This document shows, piece after piece, positions 1 through 12,829 of a stretch of DNA of 64,000 bases; positions within the stretch are counted from its first letter, which is position 1, and each line of letters opens with the position of its first letter. Both the position numbers and the translations under genes were made by a program. The notes beneath the pieces are model-generated. The model was not told the DNA's origin. It did not search any database and saw only the letters and a list, made by a program, of their open reading frames with translations. This stretch comes from Eutreptiella sp. 'Long Island Sound 2002'. Its lineage: Eukaryota > Protista > Euglenida. The stretch covers positions 102,734,001 through 102,798,000 of the forward strand of contig OZ038378.1 in assembly GCA_964036045.1 (NCBI GenBank). Direction: 5' to 3'.

Positions 1-1149
1 GCCGGTACCCATTAGTGTGGTGTTGGGTTTGTTCACGGAGCAGGAGTCTATTGCAGACGTTGGTGCCCTCATATGCAGTAATTTACGCATCGTTGATGGG
101 CTCAGCCCATTTCCTCGGAATGGAGCGTTTGAAAATTTCGCGCAGGGTTGCCATGTGGACCGCAACTGTGTGCCTAAGAAGGTAGAGGGAGAGCAGGAGT
201 CTGAAGATGAAGTGGAAGATGTGGATGCCAACCAAGACAATGCGGTGTATTGTACACCGAAGCAGGCACGGGGTCCTAGCAAAAAAGGTGGTCGCACACG
301 CAAGGGAGACGAGAACAAAGCCTCCTCATCCAAGACAAAAGGCAAAGGCAACAAAAAACCCCAGGCATCACCTCCCGATGAGCTTGCAGCCGCGGGATCC
401 GATTCTCAGTCGTCTGCTTCCAAGAGGGCCAAGATTGGGTTTCAGGCTTGGAAGGACCGATTCAATAGCTCCAAGAAGAACTAAAGGTGCATTGTTGTAG
501 TTGCTGTTGGTTGCACACTGTTGTTGTAAACGTGCTCAGTCACCACAGTACCTATTCATAACATGTAATCACTGTGGCACCCTGTTGGCGTGCCAGTCTG
601 CTCTCTGGGTCCCATTGGTCCGTTCCGACGATTTTCCCTTCACGAACACGCGACTGACAGTCGTTTGTCACTTTTTTATGACATTTTGTTGCGGACCACA
701 GTTCCTTTTGTGGAATACAATAATTTTTCACCATGTCACTCGTCTCATGTCTGGAACTAGGCAAGTTTTGGTGATTATTGTCCTTGTGCAGCAGACTGTG
801 GTAAGATTTTTCTGTTTCCAAACAACCCGCAGTATTTCACTGTCTGCAGACCAAAATTTGAGTAACATGGTACCCGTCGACGAGTAGTGCCTCCGCTGGT
901 GTAGTGATATTGAAGCGTGCATAGACACACATGCATTCCGTGGGGTTCTTCCTCAGAATTCGACTATCTTTCCCATATCTCTTAGGGCGGAGCCTCAAGT
1001 TGGTGTTGTGCACAAAGTGCCAAAAACGTATATGGGGGTGGTCAGAACCAAGGGGACACAGACGTGCGCTGCTTGTTGCTAAAAATTCACCCCTGTGGAA
1101 CGCGTTTTTGATAACCGTCATTTGGTGACATTTTTGTGGGGCTCCATTT

Positions 1150-2120
1150 GCGGGGGGGGGGGGGGGGCAAGTTGGGCCGACTAAGGTGGACCTCGAGCTC
1201 GCTCTCAGCGACCCCCGCCATGGCTGTTTCGGCTCGCGTCTTCCCTGCATCCACCGCGGCTATAGTTCCGCGGAGGGTTGCTCGCGCAGATAGGTCATGG
1301 AACCAAATGCCCGGCTTGACTTTGGGGGCAAGCACCCGTGGGGGGTAGGTGGCTAGGCCCTGCGGCACCAGAAGGGCCGGGTTCCCATTGTGCTCACGGA
1401 GGTGGGTATGTAGGGCCGGGTAGAGCTCCTCCGGCACCTTACCCACCGTGCAGAGCGAGTAGTATAGGGGCCCCTTGTGCGGGTGCCTCGGGCACGTGTG
1501 TGCCACACACTCCGCGGGGTACTTCAATTTCGTCACCGCATCTGGGGCAATGGCTATCCACGGCCACGGCGGTAACGACGCCCTGTTTCTGACTAGGTTG
1601 TTTTCAATGCCTCGGCCCATCTCTTGTACGTGTTTGCTGCTTGCTTCCACAGCCAAACGATGGTGGGCGCCCACATCCCTGCGTTATGTAGTAGCCCCGG
1701 GACGCAAGTTGGTGGTCCATAGTTGGGCGTGCAGGGGCGCGTTGACTTGTACTTGGACACCCAGAGGGGCCACTAGGAGGCAGGGTATCCGGGGGCTGGC
1801 AGCACAACCCGAGCTCCAGTGTCCAGTGATTGGCCTCCGTGGTGTCCTTCATGGCAGTCCTCACCTTGATAGCATAACCCGTGCGGTACACGGTCTCTAC
1901 CCGGGTGGTCTTGGCTACCTGCTAACCAATGACCGCTCCCGCACGGTATGTGGGCACTACGCTCGCAATTCAGTCCTTGGGCGCAGCTTGCCACCGCCGC
2001 TAGGCTACCCGCAGGAGGGGCGCCAAGACGGCACTGTGGCGGCCAAGCCACGCCCTAAGGCCGGGGATACCTTTGTGGGTGGGCGCCCTTTGGTTAAAGC
2101 TTCGTTCCTCTTTTATCCGG
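1150..2120 (-). mobile_element. Probable 3' fragment of a decayed non-LTR retrotransposon
   Basis: Minus-strand ORF 1087-1674 (PWPW...CVAHTCPRHPHKGPLYYSLC...ALLVPQGL) loosely parallels the post-RNase H region of the large LINE (PWLW...CSQCGQQH...C...LLVPLSL). It ends at a poly-C tract on the sense strand. No RT motif was seen. Confidence 0.3.
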
Positions 2121-2121
2121 C

Positions 2122-2392
2122 GATGTGATGTGATGTGATGTGATGGCGTGTGATGTGATGTGATGTGATGTGATGTGATGTGAGGTGATGTGATGTAATG
2201 TAATGTGATGTGATGTGATGTGATGTGATATGATGTGATGTGATGTGATGTGATGTGATGTGATGAGATGTGATGTGATGTGACGTGATGTGATGTGATG
2301 TGATGTGATGTGATGTGATATGATGTGATGTGATGTGATGTGATGTGCTATGATGTGATGTGATGTGATGTCATGTGATGTCATGTGATGTG
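2122..2392. repeat. (GATGT)n pentanucleotide microsatellite, about 50 units
   Basis: Directly visible tgatgtgatg run with scattered variants. It accounts for the spurious (ITSHH)n ORF 2094-2729. Confidence 0.97.
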
Positions 2393-3529
2393 CCGAAGGC
2401 GCTGTTACCAGAAGGGAGTGGCCGGGATGTCTACCCACGGCCACAAGTAAACGGGAGGGCTGTGCGTGTAGCGCGCGTGGTGTGTGTAAATGTGTGGTTA
2501 TCGGCGGAAAGAGGGGGGGTCGGAGAAATGTAAATGTTAATACACAACCCTGGTTCACATATTTGTTGCAAGTGGCAAATAGGAATGGGTGTGGTGGCAT
2601 GGCTGCAAACGTATCAAGAACGATGAAGTCGTTAGCAGTACACAGAGAAAAAGTTTCTACAACTCGAATTTGGGGGTCTCCATTGTACAATGCGTATGAT
2701 TGCCAGAGAAGTAATGCAAATGAATACAATTGGACCTATGTCCCTTGACACATCTTTCCATTATTGAGAACCAAGGGCTTTCGTTCCTCCCAACGTATGA
2801 GACGTAGTTACAAAGGTTATTGAAGTACTACTTAGGAACGATATGCCCTCAAGACTTGACATTGGGCACATAAGATGCCGAACATTGCGTCCATACAGTT
2901 CTATAGCCCTGGTGTCCCCTAGTCCTCGATATGGGTGCATCCATGTGGCCGCAAAGGCCAAAGTTGACATATCAGCACAGCGCCAACCAAGGTTTTCATG
3001 TACTCCACAACTTCGCATTGGGTATTCACCACTGACAGCATCGCCAAGCAACGAAATCCGACATTGCAACTGCCATTTTTTGGGAAAGAATGGTGTCTAG
3101 ATTTCGGCAAACACCATGGGTTGGATACACCGACATCATGCAGCAACATTACAAACCGGAAAGAAACACTCGCCACAACTATTCGGCCTTTTTGCGCTCC
3201 ATTTCGGCATCCACGACTTCACATTGTTAGCCCCAAATCATCGGTCCACCACTTGCACACATACCCATAGAATTTGGCCCTTTTAGCCAACCCGGATACA
3301 CAGGCCATTTGCTCCAAAAGCGCGTGTATCATGGTTGGCAAAAAAGTGCACCACCTCCAACGTGCATACTAAAACAATATGGTATCCTCCCTGCCGACGG
3401 GATTGATTGTGGCCGATTTCCGAATGCGCACGCCATTGCTCGCTACGGAGAAAACCGCAAGCATGATAATATGCATTCATGGCTTGTGGAAAGGGGACAA
3501 AATCATAATTGCCCACCTCAACCCGACCT

Positions 3530-4310
3530 TCTCGGGGGCCCAAAACTGGGCGAAAATGCTACATAACCCCTGCATTCTCGGGGGTCCCCAACAAACGGGA
3601 CAAAATCTCATTTGGCTGTCTGACGCGTGCCTTCTACATGGCCCACAAGTGTGCGGAAATGATATGTGACTGCTGTGTTCTCAGGGGTGCCCAATGTTGG
3701 GAACAAGGTCAGAAGTGGCTTGCTAATCCCTGCCTTCTCGGGCCCACAAGTGGGCGGAAATGCTCGATGACCCCTGCATTCTTGGGGGTCCTCAACAAAG
3801 GGAACAAAAATCAGAATTATTTGTGCCACCCCTCCCTTCTCGGGGGCGCATACATGGGCGGAATTGCTACATAACCCGTGCATTCTCGGGGGTCCCCACT
3901 TAAGGGGACAAAATGGGAATTGGCTTCCTCACCTTTGGCTTCTCGGCGGGCCACAATTGGGCGAAAATGCTACAAAAACCTTGCATTCACCGGGGTCGCC
4001 AACAAAGGGGACGAAATCAGAATGAGCTGCCTCACCTTATAGAGGGCCCACAAATGGGTGGAAACGGTACGTAACCGCTGCATTCTCTGGGGTCCCCAAA
4101 CAATAGGAACGTGATCAGCATTGTCTGCTTGACCCCTTTCTTCTCAAGGGCCCACAAGTGGGCAGAAATGTTGCATAACTCCTGCAGCCTCGCAGGTCCC
4201 CAACGAAGGGCTCAAAATCAGAATTGCTCGCCTTATCCTTGCCTTCTAGGGGGCCTAGAAGCGGGCAGAAATGCTAGATGACCCCTTCATTCTCGGGTTC
4301 CCCAACAAAA
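3530..4310. repeat. Degenerate ~102-bp tandem repeat, about 8 units, related to the 85-bp satellite in opposite orientation
   Basis: The motif gcccacaagtgggc(g)gaaat or a variant recurs near 3540, 3640, 3743, 3846, 3950, 4046, 4150 and 4253. It shares cccacaagtgggc, acccctgc and aaaatcagaa with the reverse complement of the 58.4-64 kb monomer. Confidence 0.85.
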
Positions 4311-4699
4311 GGGAACAAACCCAAAGCGTACAAAGGCAAAAATAAACAAAAGAACACGTTTCCTTTGAGGGCCCAACCCAGATTGGGAGCTTGCATATTA
4401 TCAATACTGGGGATGGAACCCATAATCTTTTAGCCGCAATAGCACTAGTTTACCCACTAGGGTATCGGCCATCTGTAACAAATGTTTGCACACGGATGGT
4501 ATTGATACTTGATCAATTACAATTTTCGGCAGAGTTGTGTTGAATACTGTGACTATTGTGAGTATACATACATGGGGTGAAAACCCATTTTCTCATCCTC
4601 TACGACATCAAGCAATTTTTCTTGCGTTTGCCTTTGGCGCCTTTGGTCCGGCACTTGCCCACCAACCTCCGAGAACGAGGGGGGGGGGTTCGGCTAAAG

Positions 4700-7140
4700 A
4701 CCCCCCTGCGCGACCACGTCCCCATGGGGCATCTCTCTCCCCATACAACCCTTCCCTAGTTGGGGGATGCCGGATGTTTCCACCACTCCAGGGTTTCTGT
4801 CTCACCCATACCACACCCCCAGACAACGTGCCTATCCGTACAAGGACCTTCCATGGCCGGGGGAACTCCGAAGTATCCGCCGCTCGCTGTGTGTGTCTCA
4901 CCCGCCTCATACCTTCATGGGATGTGCCTATTCCCAACACGGCGCTTCCATGCCCGGGGGGACTCCGGTTTATTCGCCGATGGGTGGTTGGGGCTCACCT
5001 ATAGCACAACCCCCACGAGGGGTTCAATCCCCCCACGGCCCTTCCAAGGCGGAGGGGACTCTTGTCTTTGCACCTCTCAGGGGTTGTTTCTCATCCCAAC
5101 CACACCCTGTGGGGCATGCCTATCCACACGCCGCCTTTCCATGCCCGGGGCTTTTGGGTGTCTCTGCCGCTCAAGGGTTCTAGCTCACCCGCAAAATACA
5201 CCCATGAGGCGTCCCTCTCCTCATGCGAGGCTCCCATGCTCAGGGGACCTAAGCGTATCAACCATTTGGGGGATGGGTCTCAACCGTAGCATAGCCTTGC
5301 AGAGCGGCCTTGGGGCCACACGATATTTACATGGCCGTCGGCAATGGGGTTTGTCCGATCCTGGAGGGTCGTGTCTCACCCGTACCATACCGTGGGGCAT
5401 CCGGATTCCCTCATGGCCCTCCCATGGCTGTCGTGAGGGGTGTATCTCTGGCTCGGAGATTGTGTCTCACCATGCCATACCAATGCAATGGGTGTCCCTA
5501 TCCCCAGATGGCCCTTTCATGGCCGCTGGGACTCGGGTGTATTCGCCGCTTGGGGGTTGGGCTCCACTTGTACCATACACCCACTAGCCGGGGGACAAGC
5601 GCGTATCCATCGTAGGGGGGTTCTGGCTGACTGCAACATACACCCATGGGGTGTCCCTATGACCATAGGAAGCTCCCATGGCCGGGTGGACAAGGGAAAT
5701 TCCGCCGCTCCGGAGGTGTTTGCAGCCCGTACAATACCCCCACGGGGTGGCATCGGAGCTATTAATGGCCATGGCGACTAGGTGAAATCCGCCGCTCGCG
5801 GTTGTGCCTAACGTATACCGTTCCCCACCATGCATCCCTCTCCCCACGCCGCCTTTCCATGGCTAGGAGGTGTCAGGTGTACCCGCCGAGAACGGTTTGT
5901 GTCTCACCCGTACCATACTCCCCCTAGCCGCCCCCATCCGGACTCCGTCCTCCCATGGGCGGGGGAACTTGGGAGTATCTCCCGCTTGGGGGCTGTCTCT
6001 CACCCTGAACATACCCCACTTGGGGTCCTTGTCCCCACAAGGCCCGTGCACGGCCGGGGGAAGTTGCGTGTACCCGCCGGTCGGGGGTTTTTTCCCGGTT
6101 GTACCATACGCCCATTGGGCGTTCCTATATCCACACGGCCCTTCCGTGGCTAGGGGGAGTAGCGTGTATCCGCTGCTCGGGAACTGTGTCTCACCTGCAC
6201 TAAGCGCCCATAGGGCGTCCCCATCCCCACATGGCCCCTCTGGGGCCAGGGCGACTCGGATATATGTGCCGCTTAAGGGTTCTGTCTCACCCGTACCATG
6301 CTTGCACTGGGTCTTCCTCTCCCCACACGGCCCTTCCGTGGTTGCACGGACTTGGTTGTATTCGCGGCTCAGGGGATCTGTCACACCCGCATCACACCCC
6401 CCCACTAAATGTCCTTCTTCCCGTACGGCCCTTGGATGGCTGTTGGGACTGGGGTACATCCGCCGCTCCATGATTATGTCTTAACCGTACCAAACAACCA
6501 TGGGGCTTTGCTATCCCACACGGCCCTTGCATGGCCAAGGGGACTCGGGTGTATCCGCCTTTCAACGTTTACGTCGCCGATGGATTGAAGTGTGGCCACC
6601 GCTGGGAAGATGTATCTCGCCCGCACCATACCCCAACTAAGGCCCCCTCCCCCTGCAAAGGCCATCTATGACCATGGGGACTTGGGTGTATACGCCGCTC
6701 CAGCGATGTATCCCAACTGTACCAATCTTGCTAAGGGGGTCCCCTACTCCACATTGCCGTTGGAAATCAAGACTCGGGCTCGTGTCACCCCGGGTTCCTT
6801 TATCCCCACAAAGTACTTCCATGGGGGGGGGGACTTGGGTGTATACGCAACTCGGACGTTGTGTCTCAAGCCTGCTCCACCAGAATGGGGTGTCGCCATC
6901 CCCACACAGCCTTTCCGTCCCCTTGACTGTTACATCCCACCCGTACCATACCCCCACGCGGTGTCGCGGGCCGTATTGGGCTTGAGTGTATGCACCGTTG
7001 GGGGGTTGTGTTTCACCCCCACCAACGGCCCACAGGGGTTGCGTGGCACCCCCTTAATACCGCCACTGGGCATGTCTACGCCACATAACGCTTACATGGC
7101 CGGCACTCGGGTGTATCCACCCCTTGGGGGATGTGTCTCA
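4700..7140. repeat. Degenerate ~96-bp tandem repeat array, about 25 units
   Basis: tgtctcacccgtaccatac-like and gggactcgggtgtatccgccg-like motifs recur at about 96-bp spacing (e.g. near 4797, 4893, 5372, 5898, 5994, 6186, 6282, 6378). Confidence 0.85.
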
Positions 7141-7257
7141 GCCGTAGTGAAAAGCTGACATTCCTATTGTATGAGCGTACTCCCACAGAGATGGTGGGTC
7201 TGTCGCAAGGCGGCTCGCAAAGAGGCGCCTGCAATCGCGGTGCACGCGGTGCCCCCT

Positions 7258-7520
7258 CGCAGCCTACAGCAACAACTATCAACAGACATGCCCCGAGCAT
7301 GCTGAGTAACACCCAGTTGCCGGGCATGGTGCTGCCAACGGCTGATCGAGAAATGTACCACCCATGTTGGGGAAGCACAACCCTCCCCCTCGCAGTCTAT
7401 AGCAACAACTGCCAACAGGCACACCCCGAGCCTACCAAGTAACACCTAGTTGCCAGCCCTGGCGCTGCCTGCGGGTGACCCAGAATATACCACCCATGTT
7501 AGGGAAGCATAGCTCTCATC
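7258..7520. repeat. ~133-bp tandem duplication, two diverged copies
   Basis: cgcagcctacagcaacaact...taccacccatgttggggaagca at about 7258 is repeated as cgcagtctatagcaacaact...taccacccatgttagggaagca at about 7391. Confidence 0.8.
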
Positions 7521-7799
7521 CGAGTTCGTCGAAGCTGTGGCAAGGCTTCCACAGAGGTAGAGGGTACAAGTGAAACGGTATTTCCATGTCTCTGTGTAGG
7601 CCCACTAGGTTCATCTCTTGGCGTGTGATGAGAAGGAGTGGGATGAAAGGCATGCAGGTCAGGGCATGTCGCACCGGTCTGTTGCCGAGGCCATAGAACA
7701 CGATAGAGCCCGGCATGCAGCATTGGCTGCAGCAGGGAGCAATGCTTTTTGTGTGATGATGGGGGTTGCCCCGAAGCAACCGACAGCTGCGCCAAAGAT

Positions 7800-8950
7800 G
7801 CTGCAAGCCTTCGTGGATGGGCATTGGCAATTGCAATTCACTGGTACAGGGGATGTAATGTGCATATGTTGTGCATGGGTTGCTCAAGCAGATTCTTCTG
7901 GGGTGAAGCGGCCACCGAACGCTACTACAGCCTTTGTTAATGGAACATATGGCATGGGCATGCGTATGATGATGGCCCGACCCAAGACATGGCGTAAGCA
8001 CGTGCTGAGGCCACCTGGGTGTGTCACGTGGTACACTTAGCAGCCGCAAGAAAATTGACAATCCGGGCCGCCACCTCTTGACTGCCGAGGAGAGTTTCCG
8101 GGTGCATTGTGCAAAACCTTTTCGGGCGCTGTGCCGTGGTGCATATGTGTGTGCAGCCAATGTGGCAGAGAACAACACCCTGTTCATTAGGGGTGAGGGC
8201 ATGGACCTCGGTGTACCTATGACCGACGCGGTGGCAGCCATTTTGTCATGGTTGGTGGAGGTATACATCGGGCTCCGCATGTGCACATCCATCCGTGCCA
8301 GCAGTGAGCGCATTCTTCTGCATTGCACCTTGACTTCCGAACCGGGGCATCATGCCTCACGTTGATGGATAGTTGAGAAGGCCATGGTTGCAATGCATGG
8401 TGCCATGCAAGATGGTGTGTCATAGACCCTGCAAAGGGCATTGTTCATTGCCTTGTTGTTGGATGGTTCTGACCGGCAGCAGGATCGCATCAACGAGTAT
8501 GCAATCCTGCTCCTCTTGCCAAGCACTGGGCCAGGGGGAATGTGTGACGTGTTCCTTGGTGTGGTTGATGTGGCATCAAGTGAGGCACAGGAGGTGAGGC
8601 TGCAGGCTAAGTGCATGGTGACTACCTGGCAGCCGTGGGTCGCCAACGTGCATTGGGCAACGTTGCGCGCCAGTGGAATGACCTTGAGAGGTGTGTCCAA
8701 GAGAACATGTGACCCGATACACGCACCGGGTTGCGTTTGATCCGTGCCAGGTACCGTATCCGGTGGTCTGAGGCAAATGCGCGTCGCAACAAGGTGTTCT
8801 TGGCCACTGGGCCGTGGGTGGCCAGGCATTTGGATTCCAAAGTCCACCTGAGAACCAATGCGGAGGATGTGTGGGATCATTGCCATAATGCAGGTTTGCT
8901 GTTGTGGGCAGTGGTATATGGAGACATACTACACAGCACATGCGGCTTCA
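7800..8950 (+). pseudogene. Decayed hAT (ZNF862-like) transposase, N-terminal zinc finger and first catalytic Asp region
   Basis: MCICCAW...TTAFVNGT...KTWRKH resembles a TTF-type zinc finger. FIALLLDGSDRQQDRINEYAILLLLP...VFLGVVDVASSEAQEV (8441-8740) matches the hAT pattern FSxxxDxSTD...E...FLG. Frameshifted. Confidence 0.6.
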
Positions 8951-10357
8951 ACAGTGTTGCACACTTGCATGCACCAACAGCTACCCACGTTGCCAAAGCC
9001 TTAAAATGTTGTAGGCACGGGTGGAAAAGGTGGCGAGGGAGGAGGGGCCAGGGTGGAGTCAATTGAAAGAGCAAACTATGACGGGCGCGTGGCATGGTGC
9101 CGCTTGACGGGGCGCGATTGTGGTGGTTGTGGGTGCCCTGGCAGCAACGACGACTGTGGGCAGGGGCAGGGAGGAGGGGGCTGAAGGGGCAACAACGAGG
9201 TGTGTTGGTGTGCGATCAGCCTTGGCAGGGTTGTTTGACCCGTCGGCAGGGGCCGCCTTGCTGGTGGGGAGTTGGGGACCTTCCAGACAGCGGGTTGGCG
9301 TAGGTGGGGGAGTTGGCATGGGTGGTTGGGGCGAAGCCAATTGTGATACAGGTTTGGCAGCATCGGAGTCCCATGGTGAGCGATCCCCCCCCATCGCCAT
9401 ACTGTAGCACTTCGGGTTGGTCCCCCCAGCAAGCTGAGAGGGGGGCCGCGGGAGCATACGGCAGAAAAGGCAATGCTTGCGACAGATTAAAAAAATGATC
9501 CGCCATTGTCCCTCTGAGAGAAGCGCCGGGGCAAGGAACTGATAGGAAAGGATGGGGCGGGGAGGGGCATGGGTTCGTTACCTACTGACTGGCGGATGGC
9601 TGCGGCGGCACGATAACCCGGATAAGCGGTTTGGGGGGCCTCCTCCGACTCGAAGAAGGTCCCCGCACAACTGCCCTGGTACCTTGCCACTCCGGCGGCT
9701 CTGTTGGTCCCGGACCTATGTACTCATACCGCCTCTCATGGGTGCGGGTGTTGCCATCGGGTGCAGTGTCGGGCATGGCGGGCAGAAAAAAAGGCAAAAG
9801 AAATGTGGTGTTTCACAATGTATCGCAACGTATCACAAGCAAAACCCAACTATTAACATAGGTTCGTTTTGCACAAAAAAGCGGCTATCGTCCATGCCCC
9901 TGATTGATCACACCGGTCCGTGTGTCGCTCTTCCCTCGTGGCATCCGAGGAGGTTAGCCGCGCCGTCGGGGCTCCGCGGACTGTTTTTCTGAAAGTACAC
10001 GGGTGGGTTGGTGGTCATCCAAAGTAAAAAGGAACCAAAAAAAGGAACCAACTGTTTTGCATTTTCCATTGGGGGCGCGGGGTGGGGGGTGGGAAAAGGG
10101 GTCAACATGGTGTATGATGTATGCGTCACAGTTTTATCGGGCAGCACAGTGAAAAGATTCTGCGCAAGTGGAGATGACATTCAACTTCAGAACAGGGGCT
10201 TGCCCGTTGGATCACGAAAATTCAATTTGCTCACTTTTGAAAATTGCTACGGTGGCGTTATGGGGGTCGGGGCACAATAGCAAGTAGGTCAAGCACAAAA
10301 GTACATAAAACATTCCCTGGAGCATCGTGTTCATTTACCTCCTTTTCTGGAAGGCAA

Positions 10358-10469
10358 AGCCTACACGAGCTGCGCGTAAAATTACGGGCACCCTTGACGG
10401 GTTGTCCGTGTAGGGGCAGCCTACACGAGCTGCGGGTAAAATTACGGGCACCCATGACGGGTCGTCCGA
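10358..10469. repeat. 60-bp tandem duplication
   Basis: agcctacacgagctgcg(c/g)gtaaaattacgggcaccc(t/a)tgacgggt occurs twice, 60 bp apart. Confidence 0.9.
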
Positions 10470-11254
10470 AGCAAACACTAGGTCAGAACACCGTGGAATC
10501 TTACGGTGTGTTTTGCGGCATGTTTTACACGGGGTCCGCACCCCCCCCCCCCGCAAGGGAAAATGCGACACATGATTTTGTCGTAGGACGAGCACTACGG
10601 TGCCATGTGGCGTTCCCTCGTCCCCCCTCCCTGGTGCATCAAGGCGCGACGAAAAGATTGGGCCACCCTTGTGAAGGTGTCTTCCCCATCTGCTCGCTTG
10701 CGTTCCTACTATGGATGGTCTGTCATGTGCCGCTGACACCGGCCCCAGCCCATGTGGGTTTCTCTTCCCTCCTGCCCACTCCCCCGGGGGAATGCAGGAC
10801 ACCCCCCCCCCCCCGTTCCAAACAGAGTGTGCTTTGCCGGTTTGGTGCTGTTGCCAAGGGGACACATGTTTCTGAGACACACAGCATAGAAGGTAAAAAT
10901 TGGATGGAAAATGCTACTCATATTGCTTAGGGTTTTTGAAAATGCCACCCATGTATGCTCACAGAATTCGGCTCATGTGACATGGTGGATTTTGAAAATT
11001 GCACGCAACATAGCATGGAAAATTTCTTTCCAGCGCCCCCAGGCATCTTGGCCAGAAAAATCCCCAGTATATCGCTACCCATATTGGTTGCGTTTTTTAA
11101 GGCGCTTTCCCGGCCAAAACTTCCGAGCGCTTTTCCGACCCGTTTTGACAACTTCTAGGCGTGTTTCCAACATCGTTGCGCACCATAGGAGATGCCATTA
11201 TACCTAGGCAATGCAAAGAGACATGCAAAAGAAAGGCAAGCATAAAGTTTTCAC

Positions 11255-12643
11255 TCAACTTGAAGTGCGAACGCTGTACCCTAATGCACCTAGCATACAT
11301 ACTGGACATGCATCATTGGACATGGCATCCACATCCACTACGTCCTTTTCAATATGTAGAGCCACACGGTGATACTTCTTGCTTCGCGATGTGGTTTCTG
11401 TGTTGCTGCTTGATGACGTGGACGAATCAGAATCAGTGGCACTTGCAGTAGAGCAACCGGATACGTCTTGCCCACCATTACCAGAGTCAGCGCCGGAGGG
11501 GCCTTCACTGCTATTGTCACTACTGCTGCTGGTGCTGATGCTGCTGCTGCTGCTCCAATGTGCCCATAGTTGGTGATCAATGTCACTATCAACAATGGGG
11601 ATACACATCCACTTAGCCTTTCGTGCAGGCTGAAGAAGTCGTTCCGTAGTAAGTACACCAGGGCCCTGAAATGAGGCTGCACGATCCTCCCTTTCACATG
11701 GAGGTGCAATGCCAAAGGAGGAAGTAGTTGGGTTAGGGTTAGGGGCTAGTTCGGCAGCACATTTTCCCTTGCCTGTTTTCGGAGACTTTCGATGTGCAGC
11801 ACGAGATATAAATTGGGCACGACCTCTCAAAACCAATGTGGGCCAAGCTTGCACAGTTTCCAACTCGGCTGACACCCACCTCCGCATTCCACGTTTTGCG
11901 CCACAACTCCCACACGCGCAAGACACATCCACTTTCTCTTTGGCACCTACGAAGGTGCACTTTATAGAGCGAGTGTTTGTGTGCATTAATATAGTACAGC
12001 CACCTGCTTCTTGCGATTGAAAGAGATGGTGTAACAAGTGTACAAAAATTGCGCCCCACAGCACATTGGCAGCCACCATGCAAGCCTCTAGTACAACATT
12101 TCGACGGACAGGTGCCCTAACTTTGGCAGAGGAAACTTTTTGTTTCTTACGCACGAGCTTTTGGTTGCGCTCGCGTTTCAAAGTCTCGCAGATATTGGCA
12201 TCTTGTTGTGTACTAGTATCAGGCGGGTACCTTTTTGCAATCATTAAGTCCCTGTCCCTTGCCTCACCCGAGAACAACCTGGGGGTGCGAGGGTTGAACC
12301 ATTTGTGTGTCCACCCATGCATATATAGAGTTGCAGTGCAACCCTCTTTGGCGAATTCAGGGATGATGTGCACGAGCACAATGAATGTGCACACCAAGCC
12401 CATAGCACGCCATGAACAAGTGGACAACTCTGTGCAACCACAACAGAGGTGCACCATGCGGCAATACGCCAAAATTAGGGAATGAAAGGGCAGAGGCAGA
12501 ACCATGCCACCTGCCAATCTGACCATTATTGTCCGAGCCTCACGGCCTATTAGGCTGATCTCAGGCTGGAAACCACCCCTCACCAAACGCCGGTGTTTCC
12601 GCCTATCAAGTGGTAGGGATCCAGGGTTGTAGCTTTTTGCCAC
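11255..12643 (-). CDS. Unidentified 462-aa ORF with a Cys cluster and a Ser/acidic tail, probably TE-derived
   Basis: Long non-repetitive open frame containing VSCACGSCGAK and a Ser-rich segment. No family recognised. Confidence 0.25.
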   Translation of the reverse strand: MAKSYNPGSLPLDRRKHRRLVRGGFQPEISLIGREARTIMVRLAGGMVLPLPFHSLILAYCRMVHLCCGCTELSTCSWRAMGLVCTFIVLVHIIPEFAKEGCTATLYMHGWTHKWFNPRTPRLFSGEARDRDLMIAKRYPPDTSTQQDANICETLKRERNQKLVRKKQKVSSAKVRAPVRRNVVLEACMVAANVLWGAIFVHLLHHLFQSQEAGGCTILMHTNTRSIKCTFVGAKEKVDVSCACGSCGAKRGMRRWVSAELETVQAWPTLVLRGRAQFISRAAHRKSPKTGKGKCAAELAPNPNPTTSSFGIAPPCEREDRAASFQGPGVLTTERLLQPARKAKWMCIPIVDSDIDHQLWAHWSSSSSISTSSSSDNSSEGPSGADSGNGGQDVSGCSTASATDSDSSTSSSSNTETTSRSKKYHRVALHIEKDVVDVDAMSNDACPVCMLGALGYSVRTSS

Positions 12644-12829
12644 ATGGGCATAACTTGCAGCAACTCATGATGCGCCTAAGGCGGAAGTGTGCGCCCAATG
12701 ACATCAAGCAGCCGTGATGCACTGCCCTTGGTGTTGTGCAACACATGCTGTATGATACATACATTTTCTAAGATTGAGACACCCTGAAACTAATGGGGCC
12801 CCCGAACCTGATTCAAACACCCCCCCCTT

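Noticed and set aside
17-1128. ORFs at the window start (155-aa charged ORF and Cys-containing fragments)
   Set aside because: Low-complexity or fragmentary, and I could not recognise a family.
2520-2900. Faint resemblance to a Polinton minor capsid motif (HY.EP...V.TKVIEVLLRND)
   Set aside because: Short, interrupted by stops, and no other Polinton genes nearby.
4537-7158. Multiple 100-275 aa ORFs over the 96-bp array
   Set aside because: They are Pro/Gly-rich readings of a GC-rich tandem repeat with no domain signal.
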